A stretch of DNA of 64,000 nt, from assembly GCA_000004695.1 (NCBI GenBank), contig CM000150.2, positions 1,536,001-1,600,000 on the forward strand, in the 5' to 3' direction. Numbering within the stretch: the stretch's first letter is position 1; each line of letters starts with the position of its first letter. The notes beneath the pieces were generated by a model. The model saw only the letters and a program-made list of their open reading frames with translations. It had not been told where the DNA came from and did not search any database. The position numbers and the translations under genes were made by a program. Source of the DNA: Dictyostelium discoideum (Eukaryota). Of this stretch, positions 12,561 to 28,496 are shown piece by piece.

Positions 12561-12604
<44 letters not shown>

Positions 12605-12694
12605 GAAAACTTTGGAATTAGATTTATTTATTTGATTTTCTATTTTTATTTCTATTTTTATTTCTATTTTTATTTCTATTTTTTTTTTTTTTTT

Positions 12695-14155
12695 TTAATT
12701 TGTATTTTTATAAACATTTTTCGATGGAAATATATCAATTATCAAAAGATTATTTAAATTATTTGGTTTTATTGATAATGTAATTAATACTTCATCATTA
12801 TGATTATTTTTATTTTCTAATATTTTATTGTTTTTTATAATTTTGAAAATTGAATCATAAACGTAATTGAAAGGAATTTTATAATTTTCATTTTGTTGTT
12901 GTATTTTTTCATTTTCATTATCATTATTATTATTATTTATTTTAGTTTCTTCAATTAATTTATCGTAATCTTGAATGATAAAATTTGAAACTTTATTAAA
13001 GATTAAATAATTTAAAATCTTTTCAATTGCACGGAAATTTTCATTTGGATAAAGTGTATTCATTTTTTGGAAAATGATTTCAGAAACTTGTGATTTCAAT
13101 TCAATCGATAGAATTGATAGATGGTTTTCCCTGCAAAATGAATTCTCAATCTCTTTAATAATTTGAAGTTTTGAATTTGATTTTGATAGTGGTAAAAATG
13201 GTAAACTTTCAGTCACCAATTTCGAAAACTTACTATCACCATAAATACTCTTAAACATTGCAGTTGCCTTCCTCTTTAATTCTAAAATACTTTGATTATA
13301 AGTCATACCCTCCTTATCAAAATCCGATGTCAATATATAAGTTCCTAATGATGTATTAATTTTAGTGGTAGTAGTTTTCTTTTCGTCAGAAATTGTAATT
13401 GTTGCACCATCTAAAAATGGTTCAATTACACTTATGATGTATGGATCAATTTTTTGAATTTCGTCAAATACAATCACACTGTATGGACATTCTATAAGTT
13501 TATTAATGATTGTATTATATAGTTTATCTCTAAGATGTTGAATTTTAATATTTAAATATTCTTGATCTTCTATTTTTGTATTTTCATTGTTATCATTATT
13601 ATTTGTTGGTGGCTGTTGTTCAATTATTCTAAATTCTTCACCATTTATTAATAATAAACCATCACCTTCTAAACCACTACCATTTTCAAATAATACTCTT
13701 GAGACTAATTTTGATGATAATGTTTTACCAATACCGTGATCTCCAAAAAGGTGCATTACAACCTTAGTATCTGGATGTAAATATTTCCTATATATTATAG
13801 ATTCAATTTCTTTGATTGCATCATCTTGAAATGAAACGAATCCTTCAAAATATTGCTTAAATGATTTTAATAATTCATTTTTATCTTTTTTAAATTTACA
13901 ATTATTATTATTATTATTATTATCTTTATTATTATTATTATTAAAGTAGGTACCAAATAATGACCCAATATAATTTTTATAATTTTCATCATTATTTAAT
14001 TTATTATTATAATATATTTCTTTACAGTCACCAAATATTTTATTCACATAAATAGAATCATCATCATTTTTTATTTTATCATTATTTTGTGCTGAATATG
14101 ATTTTAAAAATAAAATCGATATAAATAGTAATTGGAGATAAAAATACCTTCCCAT
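12695..14155 (-). CDS. Torsin-like AAA+ ATPase with N-terminal signal peptide (486 aa)
   Basis: Signal peptide MGRYFYLQLLFISILFLKSYSA; Walker A-like HLFGDHGIGKTLSSKLV; Walker B-like VIVFDEIQK. Secretory targeting plus a degenerate P-loop is characteristic of torsins rather than cytosolic AAA+ proteins. Asn-rich inserts are present. Confidence 0.5.
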   Translation of the reverse strand: MGRYFYLQLLFISILFLKSYSAQNNDKIKNDDDSIYVNKIFGDCKEIYYNNKLNNDENYKNYIGSLFGTYFNNNNNKDNNNNNNNCKFKKDKNELLKSFKQYFEGFVSFQDDAIKEIESIIYRKYLHPDTKVVMHLFGDHGIGKTLSSKLVSRVLFENGSGLEGDGLLLINGEEFRIIEQQPPTNNNDNNENTKIEDQEYLNIKIQHLRDKLYNTIINKLIECPYSVIVFDEIQKIDPYIISVIEPFLDGATITISDEKKTTTTKINTSLGTYILTSDFDKEGMTYNQSILELKRKATAMFKSIYGDSKFSKLVTESLPFLPLSKSNSKLQIIKEIENSFCRENHLSILSIELKSQVSEIIFQKMNTLYPNENFRAIEKILNYLIFNKVSNFIIQDYDKLIEETKINNNNNDNENEKIQQQNENYKIPFNYVYDSIFKIIKNNKILENKNNHNDEVLITLSIKPNNLNNLLIIDIFPSKNVYKNTN

Positions 14156-14313
14156 TATTTAAGTGTAATATTTAAAAAAAAATAAAAAATTAAACCCCCC
14201 TTTCCTGTTATATATAAATTAAAAAAAAAAAAATGGTATAATATTTGTTTATTTGAATTTCGATGATTATTAAATGTAAACAATATATATATATATATAT
14301 AATATATCTAAAT

Positions 14314-14364
14314 TGGGTGGGTTGTTTTTTTTTTATTATGTGTTTGTGTGGGTGTGAGTGTGAT
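14314..14364 (-). promoter_or_regulatory. CA-rich element (CAE/G-box-like; CACACCCACAC on the minus strand) ~160-200 bp upstream of the torsin-like gene start
   Basis: Plus strand reads gggtgggttg...tgtgtttgtgtgggtgtgagtgtga. It is an isolated GT/CA-rich block in A/T-rich intergenic DNA. The same motif class recurs upstream of other genes in the window (26481, 48142, 38091). Confidence 0.3.
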
Positions 14365-14729
14365 TAAAATTTAAGGAAAATTAAAAAATTTAAAAAAAAA
14401 AAAAAAAAAATTTTTAAAAAAAATAATTAAAAAAAATAAAAAAATAATAGTTGTAATTTTACATTATGTTTTTAAAAAAAAAAAAAAATAATTCAATATC
14501 CAAAACAATAATAATCAAATGCTTTGAAGAAAAATATTCATTTATTTTAAATCTTACATAATTTTTTTTTTTTTCTAATCTTGTAGATAATTAATATACA
14601 AAATAATTAGGATGTCAACCAAAATTTAATTAAAGTCAGTTATTGTATAAAAATAATATAAAATTTTGCTATACTAAAATGTAATTATAAACAAAAATAA
14701 AAGGTAAAAAAAATAATTTTATAAAATGA

Positions 14730-14773
<44 letters not shown>

Positions 14774-14994
14774 CTTAAATTTAAATCTAAACAATAAATT
14801 TTTATTTATTTATTTTTAATAATTTACCACTTACCTATAATGTAAAATATATAACGATAATATATTTAAAATAAATACATTACATTTTTTACATTTGATA
14901 TTTTTATTTATTGTTGAAAAAAAAAAAAAAAAATAATATTAATAATAATTAAAAAAATAAAAAAATAAAAATAATTTTTGTATATATATTAAAA

Positions 14995-18960
<3,966 letters not shown>

Positions 18961-19030
18961 TAATAAAAATAATAATCAAAAAAGTAATCAAAAAAAAAAA
19001 AAAAAAAATAATAAAAATAACAACAGAATT

Positions 19031-19067
<37 letters not shown>

Positions 19068-19188
19068 AAGTTGTCCAAAATAGATCAACACGACGACAAA
19101 GAATCTTTTCAAATCTTAAAATGAACCAAAAAAAAAAAAAAAAAAAGTTTTTTTTTTTTTGATTTTTTTTTTTTTTTTTTTTTTTTTT

Positions 19189-19219
<31 letters not shown>

Positions 19220-19989
19220 GAATTTTTATTTTTTATTTTTTTTTTTTTTTTCAATTTTTATTTTTAATCAGTCCTCGTTTTTTATATATATATACTATCT
19301 TTTTTATTTTTTTACTTTTTCCATTTTTATTTTTATTTTTATTTTTTTTTTTATATTATCCAATAATTTTCTATATTAAATAAAATCATTAATTTTCTAT
19401 TTATATAATATATATTTTTTAAAAAAAATAAAAAAAAAAAACTTACGCTTGTTCAATTACCTGTATAACACATATATTAAAATATAAACCCAATTTGTGT
19501 ATATTCAAAAAAAAAAAAAAAAACCTAACAAAAAATAAAAATAAAAAACACAAGAGTCTTATTTTTATTTGTATTCAACTGGTAAGTTATATTTATTTAT
19601 TTTCTTTATTATTATTTTTTTTTTTATTTTATTTTTTTTGTTTTATTTTTTGCAAATAGCAACTTCCATATATCTTTTTTTTTTTTTTTTTTTTTTTTGG
19701 CAATCATCGTTTTTTTTTTTATGATTTTCAACCATTTTTTTTTTTTTTAAAATTTTATTTTTTATTTTTATTTTTTTTTTTTTTCGTCACACAAAACCCA
19801 AAAAAAAAAAAAAAAAAAAAATACACATATACAAAAAGTACTTATATGGATTATTATTATTTTTATTAATTTAATATCCCAACCATATTGCTTTCATTGT
19901 TCCAAGATATTTGTAAATTTACCAACACCACTATTATTTATCATTTAAATTCCTCATGTTCATTTTTTTAATAATCTTCAAAAAGCCCC

Positions 19990-20031
<42 letters not shown>

Positions 20032-20074
20032 TTCTTCATCAACACTTTTTTTTTATATCTTTTTTTAACAACCA

Positions 20075-20112
<38 letters not shown>

Positions 20113-20729
20113 ATTTCTCACTTGTGATAGTTTTTTTTTGTTTTTTTTTTTTAATTTTTTTTTAATTTTTTTTTTTTTTTATCAAAATTAAATTAAACTA
20201 ACTTTTTTTTTTTTTTTTTTTTTCTCTCTCTTTGCCCTTCAACCTTCACATATAACATATATATTTATATATAAAATCAATATATTAACAAAAAAAAAAA
20301 AAAACAATAATTTATTCCAATCAAAATTTTTTTTTTTTTTTTTTTTTCTTTCAATATTATAAAACATTCTTTATAATAATTTTCAAACTAAATAGAAAAA
20401 CTGTAGTTTTGTTTTTTACTATTACCTTCAAACCTATTTTTAATTTAATTTATTCAATAGACGTTCAAGTAAGTAAAATTTTTTTTTTTATTTTCTTCCT
20501 TTTCCACTTAATATTTCAACGCAATGACTAATATGTATTTTTTTTTTTTTTTTTAAAATAAATTTTTTTATTTTTTTATAAAAAAAAAAAATTTGTTTTT
20601 TTATTTTTTTTATTTTTTTGTTCCTAAAATTTTTTTTTTTATTTTTTTTTTTTAGTTTTTTTTATATTTCGATTTTACAAATTCTCTTTTTTTTTATTTT
20701 AAACTTTTAATTTTCATATACATATAAAG

Positions 20730-21482
20730 ATGACAACCAATAAAGACGTAGAGTGCTTAGTTGAACCTACCTCAAATATTTCAATCACAGAAGAAAATAA
20801 AAATGTAACATCTGAAACAACAACCACCACTAATAATACACAAAATAAAGAAACAGAAACAACAGATAATATAAATAAAGAAGAAACAGCAGATAAAGAA
20901 AATAAAGAAGAGCAACAACAAGAAGAAAATCCAGAAAATTTAATTAAACATCCTCTTCAAAATAGATGGTCGTTATGGTACGATTATCAAAGTGGTAAAA
21001 TCAATCCAGAACATTGGGTTGACTCTTTAAAAAAAGTCATTAGCTTTGATTCAGTTGAAGACTTTTGGTGTGTATTTAACAATCTTCCAAACGTATCAAA
21101 TTTAAAACAAGGTAGCAGCTACCATTTATTCAAAGATGATATCGAACCAAAATGGGAACACGAATCAAATAAGAGAGGTGGAAAATGGTTTGTTATGGTC
21201 AAAGATAAGAGTCGTTGTGATAATCAATGGCTTCAAAGTGTCATGGCTTGTGTTGGTGAAACCTTTGACTCTAGTGATGAGATTTGTGGTATCGTTTATA
21301 ACTCTAGAAAGAATGGTGATAAAATAAGTGTTTGGACAAAGACTGCTCAAGATGAAAAAGCAACTCGTGATGTTGGTAATTGTCTCAAAAAGATTTTAGA
21401 AATTGATCAAACTATTCAATATACTCCACATGAAGATTTTATTAGATCTTCAAAAGGTTCAAAGAATTTATATGAATGTTAA
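20730..21482 (+). CDS. eif4e: Eukaryotic translation initiation factor 4E (cap-binding protein), 250 aa
   Basis: An Asn/Thr/Glu-rich N-terminal extension is followed by the canonical eIF4E core: HPLQNRWSLWY, the cap-stacking Trp region, and DDIEPKWEHESNKRGGKW (S209-equivalent loop). Possible 5'UTR introns upstream: GTAAGT donors at 19577 and 20469, acceptor ...tacatataaag immediately before the ATG. Confidence 0.9.
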   Translation: MTTNKDVECLVEPTSNISITEENKNVTSETTTTTNNTQNKETETTDNINKEETADKENKEEQQQEENPENLIKHPLQNRWSLWYDYQSGKINPEHWVDSLKKVISFDSVEDFWCVFNNLPNVSNLKQGSSYHLFKDDIEPKWEHESNKRGGKWFVMVKDKSRCDNQWLQSVMACVGETFDSSDEICGIVYNSRKNGDKISVWTKTAQDEKATRDVGNCLKKILEIDQTIQYTPHEDFIRSSKGSKNLYEC

Positions 21483-21657
21483 ATAAATTATTAAAAAAAA
21501 AAAAAATAATAAAAAAAAAAAAAAAAAAATTAAAATAATAAATAAATAATAATAAATAATAATAATAATAAATAATAATCATTAAAAAAATCATTATTAA
21601 ATATTAAAATTATCGACAAATCAAAAAATCAAATAACACAATAGTTTAATCAAATAA

Positions 21658-21689
<32 letters not shown>

Positions 21690-22029
21690 AAAAAAAAAAA
21701 GATACAAAAAAAAAAATAAAAAAAAAATAATAAAAAAAAATAAATAAAAAAATTTTTAAAAAAAAAAAAAAGATTTGTTAATTTCACAATTATTTTTATC
21801 ATTGATCAGATTTTATAAATTAAAAGAGTTTTGGAATAAATTTGGGAAAAATTTTATTTTTATTTTTATTTTTTTTATTTTTATTTTATTTTTTATTTAA
21901 TTTTATTTATTTTTTATTTTAATTTATTTTTTTTTAAAGGAAAAATTATTCTATTTTTATTTTTATTTTTATTTGGCTTTTTTTAACCAATCTATATTAT
22001 TTGAATCAAATCAAAAAAATAAATTTTTG

Positions 22030-22064
<35 letters not shown>

Positions 22065-22252
22065 AAAAAAAAGTGCCAAAAAATTAAAAAAATAAAAAAT
22101 AAATAAAATAAAAAAAAAAAGGGTGAAAAATTAAAAAAAAAAAAAAATATAACACTTAACTTATTTTAAAAAAAAAATTATATACATATATATCATTATT
22201 TGAAGAAAAAAAAAAAAAAAAAAAAAAAATTATAAAAAAAAAAAAAAAAAAA

Positions 22253-24700
22253 ATGGAATATAACGAAGAATCATTAGAGATTCTAAATAAACTTATTCAT
22301 GTTTATAAAGAATATTTCAATGATAATAAAATTGGTAGAATTTCATTAAATGAAGAGGAAGAAGAGGATAAAGATCAAGAAGAAGAACAACAACAAAAAC
22401 AACAACAAGAAGAGGAAGAAGAAATAGTGAATGAAAATAAAAATAAAACAATAATAATTTTAAAAGAATTAAATGAAAATAATATTATAAAACATTCACT
22501 TGAATTTATTTGTGAAAAGAATAATAATCAAATATCAGACTTTCAAATAATACAATCTAGAGAGACAACATTAACAATTGTAACATTACTTTGTAATTTA
22601 ATGAGACACCAATCAAATTTATTCAATCAATTAGAATTGGATGAATTTTATAAAACCATTTTATTCATGTTAAAAGAGTTATTAACATCATCAATGTCAT
22701 CATCTGCATCTTCATCCTCATCTTTATCATTTGATGACGATGGCAACCCCTCATCATCGTCATCACCAAAACATACTTCAGCAACAGCAGCAGCAGCAAC
22801 AACAACAACAGTAGGAAGTAACGGTGAACATATTATATCACCAGTAATTAATAGAATTAAAAAGAGTAGTACAGGTGGTAATATTAGATTATCAACAAAT
22901 AATACACAAAGTAATAATCCAAGACAGCAATTATATAATATCGTATCGGTGACATTATTAGGTACAGTTTGTTTATTATTCCCATCGAATCAACAATTAT
23001 TAATAGAATCAATGCCATATCTTTTAGAAATTGGTCGTTATAAATCACAAACTCAAACTTTAGTTTTATCAACAATTTCTTCTGAAATCATTAATAGACC
23101 AAAAGTTTTATCAAATTATGTTTTACAATTTATAAATGTAAATATATATAAAATATTTTTTTTTTTAAAAAAATATAATATGTATACTAATTATTATTTT
23201 TATATATTTATATAGTTTTCAAAAGAAAATTCAAATGTATTTTCAAGTATTACAAATTTATATCAATATAATCAAACAGATTTTGAAAATAATATAAAGG
23301 TATTAGTTGATTGTTTTAAAGAACCAGAGAATAGAGTTGGTATTTTATCAATTTTATCAGAGATATCAAAGAGATCACCATTGGTTTTAATACCATACAT
23401 TTCAGATTTAAAATTATCATTATCACAAATTTCAATCTCTAGTCAATTTACAATTATAATAAAATCATTAGCTTCAAAATATCCAAATTCAATTTCACCA
23501 ATTGTTGATGATATTATGAAAGTTTTAGATAATGTTATAAATAGTAAATCATCATCATCAACAAATACAAATACAACTACAACAACAACAACATCACCAT
23601 CAATATGTTCATCTTATTCTTTACCAGAGATATTAGGTATGTGCGGACCTGATAAAACATTTGAAGCATTTAATTATTTATATTCATTATTAAAGAGACA
23701 ACAAGAGAAAAATACAATACCAACCATTGATGATAGTAATATTGTAGTTTCAACATTAAAGGGTTTAAAAGCAATTCAAAAAACATCACCATTCTTAATT
23801 AATATGAATGATCCATTATTTCAAAAATATAGTAGTTCAAGTGGTCGTAATAGTAATGAATTAATATCTTCATTTACAAATTCTTTAGTTGATGATTTAT
23901 TATCTTCAAATTCAAATTCAAATTCAAATTCAAATAATAATAATAATAATAATAGTAATAATAATAATAATATAGAGAACAATAATAATATAAATAATAA
24001 TATAAATAGTAATAATAATTTAGAATTAATAGATGAAAAATTAAAATCATTATTAATTGAAGATAATAATAATAATAATAATATTAATAATAATTATGAA
24101 AATTTAAGAAAATATTTTACATCAAATAATAAGTTTGTTTTATTATCATTTGATATATTATTATCATTAACTAATTTACCAAGTCATTCAACAATTAATG
24201 ATAATGATAATGAAATTATATTTACATTTATTAATGGTGATAGAAAATCAAATCTTGTAATTCAATTAGTTAATGAAAATTTAACAAAAATTAGTCATTG
24301 GGTAAAAATTAATTATTTACAATCAATTGTAAATTTAAAAACTTTTTTATCAATTCAACAATTAATTCAAATTTATAGAATAATAAATAATAAAAAAAAT
24401 GAAAATGAAGAAAAAGAAAAAGAAAAAGAAAAAGAAAAAGAAAAAGAAAAAGAAAAAGAAAAAGAAAAAGAAAAAGAAAAAGAAAAAGAAAAAGAAAATG
24501 AAAAAGAAGATCAAGATGAAAAATCAACATTTGAAATTAATTATTATAGTATTATATGTAATCCATTTTTAAATTCAAAGATAATTTTAGAATTAAATCA
24601 AGATATTAATAATATTCATAAAGATTTAATTAGAAGGAATAATGTAGCACCACCAACAAATTCTGATAATCCACCAACAATTATAGTTGATGTTGTAAAA

Positions 24701-24735
<35 letters not shown>

Positions 24736-24984
24736 TAATAATTTAATAAAAGTACCATCATCTTCAAATAGTAATAGTGGTAATGATAATGGTAATGGTA
24801 ATGGTGATAGCGGATCATTATCAAATTCTACAACCAATACATCAATTTCATCATTTTTACAAAGTCGTTATCAAGGTTCATTAGTAAAGAAATCAAAATA
24901 TCTTGGTAGAAAAACACCACTATGGTGTAGTTTATCTGATAATGCTTTAATTGGTTATAATAAGAAATTCGATACGTCAAATCC

Positions 24985-25062
<78 letters not shown>

Positions 25063-25540
25063 TAATAATAATAATAATAATAATAATAGTAATAATAATA
25101 ATACAACTACAACCAATAATTCATCAAATTCAATAAATGATAATGAAAATAGTGGTAGTAGTAGTAGTAGTAAATATGTAATTAAAATACCTTATGGTGA
25201 TATTATAGAGATTTTACATTCAAAGAAAAAAGAGAATTCATTTTTAGTATCAACTGATAAGAGAAAATATTTATTCACTGCAAGTAATCCACAAGAAAAA
25301 GGTGAATGGATTCAACAATTAGAAGCAATGATCAGAAATTCATCTGATAATCAAAATAATCAAAATAATCAACAACAACAACAACAAAATGATGATAGTG
25401 ATGAAGTTTTATCAAACTCTTCTTCAACAATTACATCACCTGTAACTTCACCAAATTTAAAATCCGAAAATGGTAAAAATACTCATAAAAGATTAAAGTT
25501 TAGTTTTTCACAATACATAAACTTTAAAAAGAAAAATTAA
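22253..25540 (+). CDS. Large low-complexity protein with a C-terminal PH-like domain; 2 exons (22253..23137, 23216..25540; ~1,070 aa)
   Basis: ORFs 22253..23215 and 23381..25540 share a frame. A GTAAAT donor at 23138 and tatatag acceptor ending at 23215 join ...VLQFIN to FSKENSNVFSSITNLYQ... with an open frame that runs into the downstream ORF (its ATG-less start MVLIPY is an internal TTG). Near the C-terminus, a PH-domain-like segment (YVIKIPYGDIIEILHSKKKENSFLVSTDKRKYLFTASNPQEKGEWIQQLEAMI) follows a 40+ poly-Asn tract. There is also a 30-residue (EK)n tract. Confidence 0.6.
24409..24497 (+). repeat. (GAAAAA)n hexanucleotide repeat, in frame, encoding (EK)n
   Basis: About 15 tandem gaaaaa units seen directly; they translate as EKEKEK... 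within the gene above. Confidence 0.85.
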
Positions 25541-26480
25541 AATTAATTTTATAAAGTAATAAATAAATTTCTTAACAAAGAAAAAAAAAAAATAATAAAA
25601 AAAAAAAAAAAAAAAAATTAAAAAAATAAAATGTGTTAATTATTAAATTTAATATTCCATTAATATTCAATTAACTTTATTCTTTTCCAAATAAAAAATA
25701 AATATAAAAAAAAAAAAAAATACCAAAAAAAAAAAAATCTGTTAAAATGCAATTGAAATTTCAATTTGAGAGAATTATTTTTTTTTTTTTTATATTATTA
25801 GAATTTTTTAATTAACACTAAATGGAACCCACATGGTTCCGCCAACTCGATGTGTTGTTTTAAAAATAATTTTTTTTTTTTTTTGGTGGTTTTTTTTTTT
25901 TTTCATTAAAAAATTTTTTTTCAACAACACAACCACACCCTTTGTGATTGAATGCGCAATAAAAATAAAAACAATAAAAACAAAAAAATAAAAATAAAAA
26001 TAAAAAAATAAAAAATATACAAAAAAATAAAAAAAAAACAAAACAAAACAAAAAAAAAAAAAAAAATTCAGATTTCATTTTAACCGCAAGATTTTTTTTT
26101 TTTTAAAAAAATATATATTTTTTTTTCTTTTTCTTTTTCTTTTTTTTTTTTTTTTTTCTTTTTTTTTTTTTTTTATAATTTTTTTTTAATTTTCATTTTT
26201 TTTTTTCATAAGAAAAAACATATTCTTAATAAAAACATTGTTATTTATAGAATAGTAAAGTATGACAATAAAAGAACTATTTTAAAAAAAATAAAAAAAA
26301 CTAATCATTTCACAACATTATTTTTTTTTTTTTTTAGGTTTATTTTTTTTTTTTTATTTTTTTATTTTTTATTTTTTTTTTTTTGGCAAAATAAAATAAT
26401 TTTTTTTTTTTTTTTTATTTTATTTTTTTTTTTTAAATTGTAATTATCATAAAATATCAATAATTTTATATCTAAAATAT

Positions 26481-26545
26481 CACACACACCCACTCTCACA
26501 CTTATATTTCCTCACTCAAACCCCCAAAAATAAACACAAACTTAT
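26481..26545 (+). promoter_or_regulatory. CA-rich element (cacacacacccactctcacac ... caaacccccaaaaataaacacaaac) ~520-580 bp upstream of the LRR-RasGEF ATG
   Basis: Isolated C/A-rich block in an A/T desert. The core ACACACACCC(C)ACTCTCA is nearly identical to a block at 48142-48160. Confidence 0.3.
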
Positions 26546-26899
26546 CCAACAATTATTTTATATTAATATTAAAATTTATTTCAAAATAGATTTAAAAATT
26601 TAAACTAAAGCATAGAGGTATATCTTATTTTTCTTTTTTTATTTTTTTTTTATTTTTATTTTTTTTTACTTTAATAAAAAAAAAAAAAAAAAAAAAAATA
26701 ATTTAAGGACAAAAACAATCAACAAAATAAAGGTAAGTTTTTTTTTTTTTTTTTTCTTACACACCACTACCTAAAAAATAAATAAAATAGAAAAAGATAA
26801 AGAAAAAGAAAAAGAAAAAAAAAAAAAAACACCATTATACAATAATTCATACATTCATAATTTTATATATAATTATAATTATATATACTATTGGTTCAT

Positions 26900-26931
<32 letters not shown>

Positions 26932-27061
26932 TTTAAAAAATATTAATTTTTTTTTCTATTTTAATTTTTTTCTTTTTTTTTATCTATTATTATCATTTTT
27001 TATTTTTTTTATTTTTTATTTTTTATTTTTTTTTTTTTTAATATATTAAATTATAAAAGAA

Positions 27062-28438
27062 ATGGGAAATATAAATTCAATTTGTTTAAATAATAATGGA
27101 AAATATAGAATTGATTCAATTTCATGTTCATTAGAAGGATGTAAATTAAATAGTAAAGAATTGGTTGAAAATATGGTAGCATTAGTTGATAAATATCCAT
27201 TAACACAACTTTTAATTATAAGGGAATGTAAATTGAAACAAATACCAGTTAATATAACCAATTTATCAAATTTAAGTGAATTAATATTAAGTGATAATAA
27301 GTTATCACAATTACCATGGTCATTACCACCACCATTTAAACCTAATACATTATTATCAATGGCATCAATTACCAATGAGAATTTGGTTAGATTGGATTTA
27401 TCAAATAATCGATTTACAGAGTTCCCTTCAAGTGTATTTGTTTTACCAAATTTGAAACAATTAATACTATGTAATAATCAACTCACCAATATGAATGTAA
27501 CATTATGCGGAGGAACATCAAATAATAATGGAGCGCATCAACCACATATAGCATGCCAATTGGAGGAGTTGAAATTGTCAAATAACAATTTCACAATATT
27601 TCCCTCAATCATAGGTGACCAATTAACAACCTTGAAATCATTGGATCTCTCTGGAAACACTATAACCTCATTACCAAACTCGTTCTCAAATTTGGTGTCT
27701 TTGACATCATTGAATTTAAAATCCAATAAATTCACTTGTTTTCCACCAAGTCTTTGCACATTGGATAAATTGGTACATTTAAATCTATCATGTAATCAAA
27801 TACTAGTCAGTCCATCAGATCATACATTGGGTGTGAGTTTATTACCATCCTTGGAGAAACTGGAATTACAACATAATCGTTTCGCTCATTTTCCAATGGA
27901 CATTTTAGAGATTGTCTCGTTGAGAGTATTAAAACTTCAAGATAACGATATTGATAAAATACCAGATAAAATCGGTAACCTTTTAAATTTGAATGAATTA
28001 TTTTTATCAGAGAATAAAATCACTCAATTACCTTCAACCATTGGTGAACTAATAAATTTAAGAAAACTTTATTTAGAATATAATAAAATCGGTTCATTAC
28101 CACAAGAATTTTCAAAACTTTCAAAATTAAATATTTTAATACTTCATAATAATGATTTAAAATTTGTACCAGATCAATTACATTCACTATCACAATTATT
28201 AAGATTATCATTAGATGAGAATCAATTATCTTCATCTGATCAAAAATTAATTAAATCTGAAGGTTCTTTAGCATTAATAAAAAGAAAAAATAAATTAAAT
28301 TATGGTAGTACAATGAATGGTACTGGTACAACAAGTTCAAGTGGTTCTGCTAGTACTAGTACTCATGGTTCAATTAATAAAACAACTGATATTTTATTAT
28401 CAAGTGTTACTTTAAATAATAGTATACTTAATCAAATA

Positions 28439-28496
<58 letters not shown>

